Shown in pieces: positions 45,067-53,670 of a stretch of DNA of 64,000 nt. The position numbers and the translations under genes are program-made. The notes under the pieces are model-generated. The model had not been told where the DNA came from and searched no databases. It worked only from the letters and a program-made list of their open reading frames with translations. Position 1 is the stretch's first letter, and each line of letters starts with the position of its first letter. Origin of the DNA: Oscillospiraceae bacterium (GTDB taxonomy: Bacteria > Bacillota > Clostridia > UBA1212 > UBA1255); assembly GCA_015069165.1 (NCBI GenBank), contig SVJD01000002.1, positions 1,385-65,384 of the forward strand, read 5' to 3'.

Positions 45067-46017
45067 ATGGAAGAAATGCTTATAAATGAACAAGATATAA
45101 ATTATGATACACAGAGTAAAGATGTGCTGGTTTCGGGTATTGCGGCAGATGGTTTTTTGCGCGTAATAGGTGTAGAAAGCACAAATCTTGTTGAAAAAGC
45201 AAGAATTACCCATAATACATCGCCTACGGCTACTGCGGCATTGGGCAGAATGCTCACGGGAACTGTATTGATGGCAAAAGAATTAAAAAATGAAACGGAC
45301 AAGCTGACAATACAACTTAAAGGTAAAGGCCCTATAGGAGGTATGGCAACCGTATGCCGAATACATACAAAAAACGGTGCGGCAGGAGCGCTTAAAGATG
45401 TTGTTGTAAAAGGTTATGCAGATAATCCGCGTGCAGATTTACCTACCAGAGAAAGTGACGGCAAACTTGATGTGGGCGGTCTTGTGGGTAAAGGCTTTAT
45501 GAATGTTATGATGGATTTGGGACTGAAAGAACCGTACTCCGGAAGTGTGCCGCTTCGTTCCGGCGAAATAGCAGAGGACTTTTCTTATTATTACGCCTTG
45601 TCAAAACAAGTGCCTGCGGCTGTGTCTTTAGGTGTGCTTATAGGAGAAGATTTGAGTGTATTAAAAGCAGGCGGATTTATGGTGCAACTTTTGCCGGGAG
45701 CGCCTGATAAACTTATTGATGATATAGAAAGAAGTATTTCTTTTATGCCGTCTGTTACGACATTACTTAATGCAGGGGCTACGATTGAAAATATACTCGA
45801 AGATATAACGAGAGGATATAATTTGGATATTTCTGACAGAGTTGATTGCGATTTTTCTTGTGATTGCTCAAAAGAACGTATGGAAGAAGCTTTGCTCAGT
45901 ATAGGTAAAGAAGAAATTAAAAAGATTTTGGAAGAAGACCGCGGTGCAGAGGTTTGTTGCCATTTTTGTAATAAAAAGTATAAATTTACAGAAGAAGAAA
46001 TTGCTGCGTTGTTGTAA
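45067..46017 (+). CDS. hslO: Redox-regulated chaperone Hsp33
   Basis: C-terminal zinc centre CDCSKER...CHFCNKKYKF and the Hsp33 core (GRMLTGTVLMA). Confidence 0.92.
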   Translation: MEEMLINEQDINYDTQSKDVLVSGIAADGFLRVIGVESTNLVEKARITHNTSPTATAALGRMLTGTVLMAKELKNETDKLTIQLKGKGPIGGMATVCRIHTKNGAAGALKDVVVKGYADNPRADLPTRESDGKLDVGGLVGKGFMNVMMDLGLKEPYSGSVPLRSGEIAEDFSYYYALSKQVPAAVSLGVLIGEDLSVLKAGGFMVQLLPGAPDKLIDDIERSISFMPSVTTLLNAGATIENILEDITRGYNLDISDRVDCDFSCDCSKERMEEALLSIGKEEIKKILEEDRGAEVCCHFCNKKYKFTEEEIAALL

Positions 46018-46025
46018 AATAGGGA

Positions 46026-46178
46026 TTGACGAAGATTTCTTATCGTGATACAATACAACAGTTACCGCTCTGACGGGGCTTGCAAATTCGCGAAGCAAAT
46101 GTTTTGCGGTGCCTTACGGAAGTGATATCTTCGCACGGATGTCATATACAGGCGAGATTGTTATGGAGGTGCAAAAGT
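46026..46178 (+). promoter_or_regulatory. Promoter plus ~120-nt 5' leader of rplU-prp-rpmA (possible L21-leader-type element)
   Basis: TTGACG (46026-46031), 17-nt spacer, TACAAT (46049-46054). The long leader contains GCGAAG...CTTCGC pairing. The L21-leader identity rests on position only and was not checked with a covariance model. Confidence 0.4.
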
Positions 46179-46493
46179 ATGTACGCTATTATAGTTACAG
46201 GAGGAAAGCAGTACAAGGTAGAGGAAGGCAGCACTCTTTTCGTTGAGAAAATCGACGCAGAGGCAGAGGCTTCAGTTACATTTGATAAAGTACTTGCAGT
46301 ATCTGTAAGCGAGGGTGATGTTAAATTCGGCGCTCCTTACGTTGACGGCGCAACAGTTACAGCAACAGTTGTTAAACAAGGTAAAGGCGAGAAAATCCGC
46401 ATCATTAAGCACAAAGCTAAAAAAGGTTACAGAAAAAGACAAGGACACAGACAGCCTTATACAAAGCTTACAATCGAGAAGATTAACGCTTAA
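46179..46493 (+). CDS. rplU: 50S ribosomal protein L21
   Basis: [17 protein letters not shown]...[26 protein letters not shown]. Start ATG 46179 follows GGAGGTG. Confidence 0.93.
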   Translation: MYAIIVTGGKQYKVEEGSTLFVEKIDAEAEASVTFDKVLAVSVSEGDVKFGAPYVDGATVTATVVKQGKGEKIRIIKHKAKKGYRKRQGHRQPYTKLTIEKINA

Positions 46494-46518
46494 TATCATA
46501 GCTTGATTTTTACTTTAT

Positions 46519-46857
46519 ATGATAAAGGCAAAGATTTTCAGAGATAATCAAAATCGTGTTTCGGGTTTCGAAATTACGGGACATGCAGGTTATGCAGAAG
46601 AAGGCAGCGATATAATTTGTGCGGCTGTATCATCTATAGCATACACGGCGGTCGGTTATTTCAGTGAAAAAAAGATAGGCGGTAAGGAGCCGCAGTATTC
46701 CGAAAAAGACGGATATATGAAATTTAAGCCCGATTTGGAAGCTGTTAAAGATTCCGACGAAGCAACCGCTGCTTACGCAGTATTGGAGGCGGCGTTTATA
46801 GGACTTAAACAAATCGAATATTCGTACGGCAAGGAGTACATTAAAGTGATTGAATAA
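46519..46857 (+). CDS. prp: Ribosomal-processing cysteine protease Prp
   Basis: GFEITGHAGYAEEGSDIICAAVS (catalytic His/Cys context), located between rplU and rpmA. Confidence 0.88.
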   Translation: MIKAKIFRDNQNRVSGFEITGHAGYAEEGSDIICAAVSSIAYTAVGYFSEKKIGGKEPQYSEKDGYMKFKPDLEAVKDSDEATAAYAVLEAAFIGLKQIEYSYGKEYIKVIE

Positions 46858-46890
46858 TCATTGATTGACTAACATAGGAGGTGTGAAGTC

Positions 46891-47172
46891 ATGTTAAGAA
46901 TTAACTTACAGTTATTTGCTCATAAGAAAGGATTGGGAAGCTCAAAGAACGGTAGAGATTCCGAATCAAAACGTCTTGGTGTTAAAAGAGCAGACGGACA
47001 GTTTGTACTTGCAGGAAATATCCTTGTAAGACAAAGAGGTACTAAAATCTACCCCGGCGAGAACGTTGGTATGGGTACAGACTATACGCTTTACGCTTTG
47101 AAGGACGGTAAAGTTTCATTCCGTAGACTTGGAAGAGACAAAAAACAAGCCGTAATCATTGCTGAAGATTAA
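46891..47172 (+). CDS. rpmA: 50S ribosomal protein L27 with a cleavable N-terminal extension
   Basis: [32 protein letters not shown]. The LQLF/AHKKG junction is the Prp cleavage context. Confidence 0.93.
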   Translation: MLRINLQLFAHKKGLGSSKNGRDSESKRLGVKRADGQFVLAGNILVRQRGTKIYPGENVGMGTDYTLYALKDGKVSFRRLGRDKKQAVIIAED

Positions 47173-47194
47173 TAGTTTTCAACAGGCGATATTG

Positions 47195-47245
47195 AAAGAC
47201 TGCGATGCACTTATAGAACATATATTGTGTATAGCAGTCTTTTTT
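47195..47245 (+). terminator. Possible terminator/attenuator between rpmA and obg
   Basis: AAAGACTGC (47195-47203) / GCAGTCTTT (47234-47242) followed by TTT. The 30-nt loop makes it atypical. Confidence 0.4.
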
Positions 47246-47270
47246 CATTATTTGGCATCGGAGAATTATA

Positions 47271-48593
47271 ATGTTTATAGACAGAACTAAAATATTTGTT
47301 GCTTCCGGTAAAGGCGGCAACGGGGCTGTGTCTTTTCACAGAGAAAAATATGTAAATGCAGGAGGTCCTGACGGCGGTGACGGCGGTAAAGGCGGCGATA
47401 TCGTTTTTATGGTTGACGAGGGCGCGTCTACTCTTGCAGACTTTAAATATAAAAGAAAATTCAAAGCAGAAGCGGGAGCGAACGGCGGTAAAAACAAAAA
47501 GACCGGTAAAAGCGGTGCGGATGAAATTGTAAAAGTTCCTCAAGGAACACTTGTTAAAGACGCTGCAACAGGACGCATTTTGGCAGATATGGTAACTCCC
47601 GGAGAGAAGAAAATTATATTAAAAGGCGGCAAAGGCGGACAAGGCAATATGCACTTTGCTACCAGTACAAGACAAATTCCGAATTTTGCCAGAGCCGGAG
47701 AAGAAGGAAAAGAACTTGAAATTCAGTTGGAGTTGAAATTGCTTGCGGATGTTGGTTTGGCAGGTTTTCCGAATGTTGGTAAATCCACCATACTTTCTGT
47801 TACTACGGGAGCAAAGCCGGAAATTGCTGATTACCATTTTACTACAATTAAGCCAAATCTCGGTGTTGTGTTCAATAACGGCGAAAGAAGCTATGTTATG
47901 GCAGATATTCCGGGACTTATTGAAGGTGCATCGGAAGGACAAGGTTTGGGACATGAGTTTTTGAGACATATTGAAAGAACCAGACTTTTAATTCATGTTA
48001 TTGATATTTCAGGCCGCGAGGGCAGAGATCCTTTTGAGGATTTCTTGCTTATAAATAAAGAGCTTGAGCAGTACAACAAGGAATTGTCGGCTCGTCCGCA
48101 AATCATAGCCCTTAATAAGACAGATATGGAAAATGCTGCGGAGAATGCCGTTGTTTTCAAAGAAAAATTTGAGAAATGGCTTGAAGATCGCGGTGAGGAA
48201 ATAGCTCAAGAAAGAGAAAACGGTGCGTGGAGAGTATTTGAACTTTCTGCAGTAACAGCACAAGGCACAAGAGAACTTGTTGCTTATTGCGGAAGTATTT
48301 TGGATAAAATGCCTGCAGGCAGCATTTTTGTGCCGGAAGACGATAATGTTTCATACACGCTTGATGATGAAGAAGAGCCTTTTACCGTACGTGTGGAGGA
48401 AGGCGTTTATGTTGTTGAGGGACCGTGGATTAAAAACATCGTAGAATCCGTGAATCTCGACGATTATGAGTCATCTCAATACTTCCAGCGTATAATCAAG
48501 AAAAAAGGTCTTATACGCAAATTGGAAGAAATGGGAATTCAAGAAAACGATACAGTTAGAATTTACGAAATAGAGTTTGATTATTATGTTTGA
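47271..48593 (+). CDS. obg: GTPase Obg
   Basis: MFIDRTKIFVASGKGGNGAVSFHREKYV, G1 motif GFPNVGKST, DIPGLIEGA, NKTD, and a C-terminal OCT domain. Confidence 0.95.
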   Translation: MFIDRTKIFVASGKGGNGAVSFHREKYVNAGGPDGGDGGKGGDIVFMVDEGASTLADFKYKRKFKAEAGANGGKNKKTGKSGADEIVKVPQGTLVKDAATGRILADMVTPGEKKIILKGGKGGQGNMHFATSTRQIPNFARAGEEGKELEIQLELKLLADVGLAGFPNVGKSTILSVTTGAKPEIADYHFTTIKPNLGVVFNNGERSYVMADIPGLIEGASEGQGLGHEFLRHIERTRLLIHVIDISGREGRDPFEDFLLINKELEQYNKELSARPQIIALNKTDMENAAENAVVFKEKFEKWLEDRGEEIAQERENGAWRVFELSAVTAQGTRELVAYCGSILDKMPAGSIFVPEDDNVSYTLDDEEEPFTVRVEEGVYVVEGPWIKNIVESVNLDDYESSQYFQRIIKKKGLIRKLEEMGIQENDTVRIYEIEFDYYV

Positions 48594-49125
48594 GAATAGT
48601 GAGCAATATACTGCAAATAAAATTTTGATTTTATTTGTACTTGATAAATTTGAAATGAAAATGACGGACAATGCTCTGAATGCGGTGCTTTTGGGTCCCG
48701 GTCTTGTGAATTATTTTTCTATACAAGAGTGTAAAGAAGATTTAATCGCAAAAGGCTGTGTGGAGAGATTGCTCGACAGCAACGGAAGTGTTTTGTATTG
48801 CATAACAGAAAAAGGCAAAGAACGCTTAAATCAGATGAAATATATGCTTTCCGGCGGCTTGGGTGCAAGATATGAGGCTTTTATAGAAGAAAACCGTACC
48901 GAGCTTGAAAAGTCTATATGCGTAAATGCCGATTGTCTCGAAGATGCAAAAGGTAATGTTTATGTACGTTGTTATGTAAGAGAAGGAGCTAATTGCATTG
49001 TTGACCTTAAACTTCCCGTTGCAGATCGCAAAGACGCAGCTCTGCTTTGCGAAACTTGGAAGAAGAATACTTCTGATATTTATATGCATATTATGAAAAC
49101 TTTTTATGACAGCTTAAAAGATTAA
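48586..49125 (+). CDS. DUF4364-like protein
   Basis: MFENSEQYTANKILILFVLDKF...LVNYFSIQECKEDLIAKG resembles the clostridial DUF4364 family (recalled from memory). A TTG at 48577 is an alternative start. Confidence 0.55.
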   Translation: MFENSEQYTANKILILFVLDKFEMKMTDNALNAVLLGPGLVNYFSIQECKEDLIAKGCVERLLDSNGSVLYCITEKGKERLNQMKYMLSGGLGARYEAFIEENRTELEKSICVNADCLEDAKGNVYVRCYVREGANCIVDLKLPVADRKDAALLCETWKKNTSDIYMHIMKTFYDSLKD

Positions 49126-49134
49126 GGAGGACTT

Positions 49135-49494
49135 ATGAGTACAGGAAAATGTGAGTGGTTGATACCGGACGCTTTTTTTCCGGTTAAAGATAATGGAGAT
49201 TATGTAAGCCATGAAGCGATTTGTATTCTGAATACAGGTGACGAAGACGCCACTGTAGACTTTACATTGTATTTCGAGGACAGAGAGCCCATGACAGGCT
49301 TTACGGCTGCTTGTGGGGCGAGAAGAACGCATCATGTTAGAATGGATAAGATTAAGTCGGAAAGCGGCGAAACGGTGCCCAGAGGCGTTCCGTATGCAGT
49401 GCTCGTCAAAAGCAATGTGCCTGTTGTAGTTCAATACAGCAGATGTGATACAACGCAACCTGAGCTTGCTTTTATGGCTGTAATGGCTTATTGA
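49135..49494 (+). CDS. Sensory rhodopsin transducer (ASRT)-family protein
   Basis: SHEAICILNTGDEDATVDFTLYF, ARRTHHVRM and SNVPVVVQYSR align with Anabaena ASRT (SHETVCILNAGDEDAHVEITIYY, ARRTKHVRF, SNVPIVVQHTR), recalled from memory. Confidence 0.8.
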   Translation: MSTGKCEWLIPDAFFPVKDNGDYVSHEAICILNTGDEDATVDFTLYFEDREPMTGFTAACGARRTHHVRMDKIKSESGETVPRGVPYAVLVKSNVPVVVQYSRCDTTQPELAFMAVMAY

Positions 49495-49503
49495 TAGTAA
49501 AAT

Positions 49504-50403
49504 TTAAGGCATCCCGCGGGATGCCTTTTTGTGTAACAATTTTTTGTGATAGTAAATCTTTAATGTTGTAGTTAAGAGAATTATCCCTGCAGGAATTGTC
49601 CATTTTATAAAAATATCATTGTTATTAAGTTCTTCGAGACCAAATTCAAGCAGATACTCTACGCTTGGACGTTTATTGGCATGTAATTTCACATAGAAAT
49701 GTTCGCCATTATGTTTACCCATAATATAGAGTGATATATATTTGTCAACCCTGTTGTTGTAGATATCGCTTTTTAAGGTATATTCTTCTGCAATATGTAA
49801 AGTCTTTTCTTCTTGTTCCAATACATAGCAAACGCGTTTGTATTCTCCGGACCAAGTAGTATAATAATAAACAGTTGCATTCCTATCGGCTGTTTTTTCA
49901 GTTTTCGTAATAGTTTTATCGGAATCGTAATTGTAATATTCTTTTTTTAAATTGTAGTCATAAGAGTCTTTTTTTATATAGGAAAATGACGTATCAAGAC
50001 TGCTGTTCTCATCCGGCGACCAATAATAAGTTAATCCATTCCAATGGAAATAGTTAAATTTAATATTTTTGGGGCAGATTGCCTGATATAACTTATTTGG
50101 ATTGCAAATTTGAATTTTTTTATTGTTTCCCGTACTAAAATCTGATCTTATTTTATTTAACTGTTCTTCTGTGAACTTGTAATTTAGTAAAGAATCTTTT
50201 AAATCAGATAACGATTCGCATTCTAATCCGGGTTCCATAATAATACAGGAATTATTAGTTTCATTTTTCTTATTTGATACAAAAGTCATATAGCAGTTAT
50301 TGCCCTCATATTCCAATGTGTATGGTTGGGAATCTCTGTCAGAGCAACCGACACAAAGAATGATAGTTATAACTATTATTAAAATAACTTTAAAGTACTT
50401 CAA
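49504..50403 (-). CDS. Hypothetical lipoprotein with a C-terminal TM anchor
   Basis: A TTG start at 50403 lies 6 nt after AGGAGAG. Signal peptide with a lipobox (LKYFKVILIIVITIILCVGC|SDRD) and a C-terminal hydrophobic helix (WTIPAGIILLTTTL). No family recognised. Confidence 0.6.
   Translation of the reverse strand: MKYFKVILIIVITIILCVGCSDRDSQPYTLEYEGNNCYMTFVSNKKNETNNSCIIMEPGLECESLSDLKDSLLNYKFTEEQLNKIRSDFSTGNNKKIQICNPNKLYQAICPKNIKFNYFHWNGLTYYWSPDENSSLDTSFSYIKKDSYDYNLKKEYYNYDSDKTITKTEKTADRNATVYYYTTWSGEYKRVCYVLEQEEKTLHIAEEYTLKSDIYNNRVDKYISLYIMGKHNGEHFYVKLHANKRPSVEYLLEFGLEELNNNDIFIKWTIPAGIILLTTTLKIYYHKKLLHKKASRGMP
49506..49530 (+). terminator. Rho-independent terminator (perfect 22-bp palindrome)
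   Basis: AAGGCATCCCGCGGGATGCCTT followed by TTT. It overlaps the last codons of the convergent minus-strand gene. Confidence 0.7.
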
Positions 50404-50428
50404 TATGATCTCTCCTAAATACTTTATT

Positions 50429-51367
50429 TTATATCTCATTAAGATATTGCATAATATCCGATATTTTTGAAGTTTCAAAAAGACTGTTTTTAGAGGAAAA
50501 TACAAATGAACGAGGTGTAACATCTGTTATTTCATATAATGCAACAATGCATTCATCATCTTTTGTTACGGAATCTTTTGGGAAAGTAATACAAACTGTA
50601 GTTTTCTCTCCAACGTCGCCTTTTAGGGATGAAATAACAGAACACTCAAAAGTATTTCTGTCTTCTGCTACGCCTACATGTACTTCATTCAGAACTCGTA
50701 TTTTTAATATATAGTCAGAAGACTTAATTATTGTTTTGAGGTCATTTGTTTTAATGTAATCCGTACCTATAAACTTAGGAGAATTATTATTTTTACGCGA
50801 ATTAAAAGAGTCACATAAACTGTTTTCAAAAGTGGTTATATTTTCTGTATTCAGTGTTGAATGTTTTGAAAGCGATTCTCCGTAGATAGAACATTTAGAT
50901 AGGTCATTGGCAGGCAAATATAAATCTGCACCGACATTTATATATACATCATGCTCAAGATAGACACTCACAAATCTTAACAGAACCAAGAAGTAGGAGT
51001 TGTTTTTGTTGTACGTAATATCTGTAGCGGCACTATTATGAACAGATATATTATCGGAAACGGAATATTCCTTTTTTGGAACACGTATAGATATTGTACT
51101 TCCGGTGTCTTCTCCTATGTAGCGTTCGAGTACGGAAAATTTATATTCTGTATATGATACATATTCGACCATATCAACGCATTTTCCTTTTATAATATCT
51201 GTAGCAGCATCAAGAAGTTGTTCAAAAGTTAAATATATACTGCTGGCTTCTACATGTTTAACAATATTGCTGTCTTTAGGCTGTAAGTTACTTTTAGGTG
51301 TGATAGAGCAAGCCACTGTAACAATAGCAAAGATTAAAGTAAATAATGTAATAAGTGTCTTTTTCAT
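50429..51367 (-). CDS. Hypothetical lipoprotein
   Basis: MKKTLITLFTLIFAIVTVAC|SITPK is a lipoprotein signal. RBS GGAGG upstream. No family recognised. Confidence 0.65.
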   Translation of the reverse strand: MKKTLITLFTLIFAIVTVACSITPKSNLQPKDSNIVKHVEASSIYLTFEQLLDAATDIIKGKCVDMVEYVSYTEYKFSVLERYIGEDTGSTISIRVPKKEYSVSDNISVHNSAATDITYNKNNSYFLVLLRFVSVYLEHDVYINVGADLYLPANDLSKCSIYGESLSKHSTLNTENITTFENSLCDSFNSRKNNNSPKFIGTDYIKTNDLKTIIKSSDYILKIRVLNEVHVGVAEDRNTFECSVISSLKGDVGEKTTVCITFPKDSVTKDDECIVALYEITDVTPRSFVFSSKNSLFETSKISDIMQYLNEI

Positions 51368-51528
51368 TTTAAACCTCCTGCCTAAGGCACGTATAAAAAA
51401 ATTACATGCGATAGGTCAAAAACTTCAATTACACATAAATAGTTTGCTTTTTTGTTTTGATGCTATCATGTGAATTTTGATATGTCAAGCATATTTGTCG
51501 AAATATACTGAGCTGTTTTGTAAAGATT

Positions 51529-52314
51529 TTATGATAATATGATTTTATCACCGCAGGAAATATAATTAAGTTTTGGCATAAATTTCTTCATCAAATCAAA
51601 TTGTTCTACGCCTGTGCAGTGGCAAGTGTAATACTGGGTATTATATGTATTTAAAAGCTTTGCTGCCTGTTCAAGCTCGGCAGTATCTTCTATTTTTGAA
51701 TAGTGAAAACCGCCAATTAAAACATCCGGCTCAAACCAAGACACGATATCGAGAACACCTTTATGTGAGCAACCGCTTATCAAAATTTTTTTGCCACTTT
51801 CTTCAATCAATAAATATTGTTCATGTAAAAATCTGTCGGGAACGTATTTATCGGCAACCATTTCGCTTAAACCGAAACATCCTTTGTCATTTGGACGAGC
51901 TTTTTCGTTACATGAATATAAAGTAAAACCCTCTGTGATTTCAGTGATTCCGTCTGTAAAAATAATACGTCTGTTTTTTGAAAGTTCTTTATCAAGACCG
52001 ATATATTTTAAATTGGCATTATAATAATCTCCAAATGCGTTTTTGTTTACATAAACGGGTGCTACATCGTTAATTTCAAGAAATTTAGCCATTCCGCCGC
52101 CGTGGTCATAATGTCCGTGGGAAAGTACGGCAAAGTCTACATCGGAAAGATTTACTCCGGTAGCAAGCGCATTCCGAGCAAACAAATCACTTTGTCCCAT
52201 ATCAAAAAGTATTTTGTGCTTTGAAGTTTCTATATATAAAGACAAGCCGTGCTCGGCTTCAAATTTATTTGATTTACTTGTGTTTTCTGCAAGTACGATT
52301 ATATTCATGTTCAT
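51529..52314 (-). CDS. MBL-fold metallo-hydrolase
   Basis: LSHGHYDHGGG metal-binding motif. Start ATG 52314 (MNMNIIVLAENT...) is preferred over 52353. Confidence 0.8.
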   Translation of the reverse strand: MNMNIIVLAENTSKSNKFEAEHGLSLYIETSKHKILFDMGQSDLFARNALATGVNLSDVDFAVLSHGHYDHGGGMAKFLEINDVAPVYVNKNAFGDYYNANLKYIGLDKELSKNRRIIFTDGITEITEGFTLYSCNEKARPNDKGCFGLSEMVADKYVPDRFLHEQYLLIEESGKKILISGCSHKGVLDIVSWFEPDVLIGGFHYSKIEDTAELEQAAKLLNTYNTQYYTCHCTGVEQFDLMKKFMPKLNYISCGDKIILS

Positions 52315-52363
52315 CACCGGAAAAATCATACAACGGATAGCAGAGGAAGTCAATGAACAAAAT

Positions 52364-52744
52364 GATAGTGTAAAATAAATCTTGGGATTTAAAAATTTAA
52401 AGACGGAAGTCCCTGCTTAAAAATGATAAAGTAATAATTGGAAAAAGCAGTAAAGGACGGAGTGGGATTTTGTCTCAAAATGAAAACAAGACAAAAAGCG
52501 CTGCGCCTCTGATTGGGGGTTTTGTCTCAAAACGAAAAACGAGACAAAAAGCACTGCACCGCTGATTGGGGGTTTTGTCTCAAAACGAAAAACGAGACAA
52601 AAAGCATTGCGCCGCAGATTGGGGGTTTTGTCTCAAAATGAAAAACGAGACAAAAAGCACTGCGCCGCAGATTGGGGATTTTGTCTCAAAATGAAAACAA
52701 GACTAAAAGTGCCGCGCTGCCAATTGTTTTCTAAAAGCAAGGTG
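52364..52744 (+). repeat. Non-coding element, copy 2: conserved leader plus five tandem 53-bp units with a 9-bp-arm inverted repeat
   Basis: Units at 52464-52516, 52517-52569, 52570-52622, 52623-52675 and 52676-~52726. Consensus is GGGTTTTGTCTCAAAACGAAAAACGAGACAAAAAGCACTGCGCCGCAGATTGG. Leader blocks of 32 nt (GATAGTGTAAAATAAATCTTGGGATTTAAAAA) and 29 nt (TGATAAAGTAATAATTGGAAAAAGCAGTA) are identical to copy 1. Confidence 0.9.
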
Positions 52745-52774
52745 ACAGGCATCTGTCGAACAAAATTCCATGTA

Positions 52775-52804
52775 TTGACATATTATGTAAGGCAGTGGTA
52801 AAAT
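52775..52804 (+). promoter_or_regulatory. Promoter of the FMN riboswitch-ribU unit
   Basis: TTGACA (52775-52780), 18-nt spacer, TAAAAT (52799-52804). Confidence 0.6.
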
Positions 52805-52812
52805 ACTGACCG

Positions 52813-52966
52813 TACTTCGGGGTAGGGTGAAATTCCCAACCGGCAGTAAAGCCTGCGAGTCCTGTCAAATATAAGACAGACGGGATTGATGCGGTGAAAT
52901 TCCGCAGCCGACGGTAAGACGATGTTCGCATAAGCGAAGAAAGTTTAAGTCCGGATGAGAGGAGTA
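52813..52966 (+). promoter_or_regulatory. FMN riboswitch (RFN element)
   Basis: CTTCGGGGTAGGGTGAAATTCCCAACCGGCAGTAAAGCCTGCGAG ... GCGGTGAAATTCCGCAGCCGACGGT ... AGTCCGGATGAGAGGAG match the RFN consensus. The P1 helix pairs TACTTC (52813-52818) with GGAGTA (52961-52966). Confidence 0.9.
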
Positions 52967-52972
52967 AAAGAT

Positions 52973-53587
52973 ATGTCCCAAAATTCTTTACAGTCATCAA
53001 AGATGACATTCTATGTAACACGAATCGCAATGCTCGTAGCAGTGGCAACACCGCTTATGATGTTTGATTTTCCGATTCCGATTTTTCCCGGTTTTTACAA
53101 ATTCGATTTGAGCTACTTCCCGGTTGTTCTCGCAACTTTCTCTATGGGGCCGGTGGCAGGATTTATTACAGCAATACTTAAAAATCTTATTGCGTTTTTA
53201 ATCGCCGGAACGTTTACTGACAGTGCAGGAATAGGCGCGTTGGCTGATACGCTTATTGGTTTGTCGTTTATTCTTCCGGCCGGAATTATTTACAAAAAGT
53301 TTCACACGAAAAAAGGTGCTGTAATTGCGCTGGGCGTTTCACTTGCCGTTGTGTCGGTTTTTTCATGTGCATTTAACTATTGGTTCTTGATTCCCGCATA
53401 TTCCAAGTTTTTCGGACTTGAGGCGGTTTTGGGCATGGCACAAAAAGCTTGCAAATACATCAAAGATGTTAAAGGCGTTGTTGTGCTCGGAACATTACCA
53501 TTTAACTTCCTTAAATGGCTTGTGATTTCGGCGATAACAATACTGACGTATAAACCTTTGTCGAGAACTATATTAAAGAAAAAATAA
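52973..53587 (+). CDS. ribU: Riboflavin transporter RibU (ECF S component)
   Basis: A polytopic ~200-aa protein directly downstream of the FMN riboswitch. The N-terminus (TRIAMLVAVATPLMMFDFPIP) is typical of an ECF S component. Confidence 0.8.
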   Translation: MSQNSLQSSKMTFYVTRIAMLVAVATPLMMFDFPIPIFPGFYKFDLSYFPVVLATFSMGPVAGFITAILKNLIAFLIAGTFTDSAGIGALADTLIGLSFILPAGIIYKKFHTKKGAVIALGVSLAVVSVFSCAFNYWFLIPAYSKFFGLEAVLGMAQKACKYIKDVKGVVVLGTLPFNFLKWLVISAITILTYKPLSRTILKKK

Positions 53588-53670
53588 TTGACTGTATTTG
53601 TTTTTTGACTTTATCCGATATTATTGCTATACTACTATGGATTCAGTAATACTGATTAAGGAAGAAACAA

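Noticed and set aside
52464-52726. Possible CRISPR array (second locus).
   Set aside because: The reasons are the same: the inter-palindrome segments are homologous (AGCACTGCGCCGCAGATTGG variants), there are no unique spacers, and there are no cas genes.
52607-53051. Track ORFs 52607..52801 (+) and 52731..53051 (-).
   Set aside because: The first is a read-through of array 2 into the ribU promoter. The second is antisense to the FMN riboswitch and the ribU start. Neither has an RBS, and both overlap features that are well supported.
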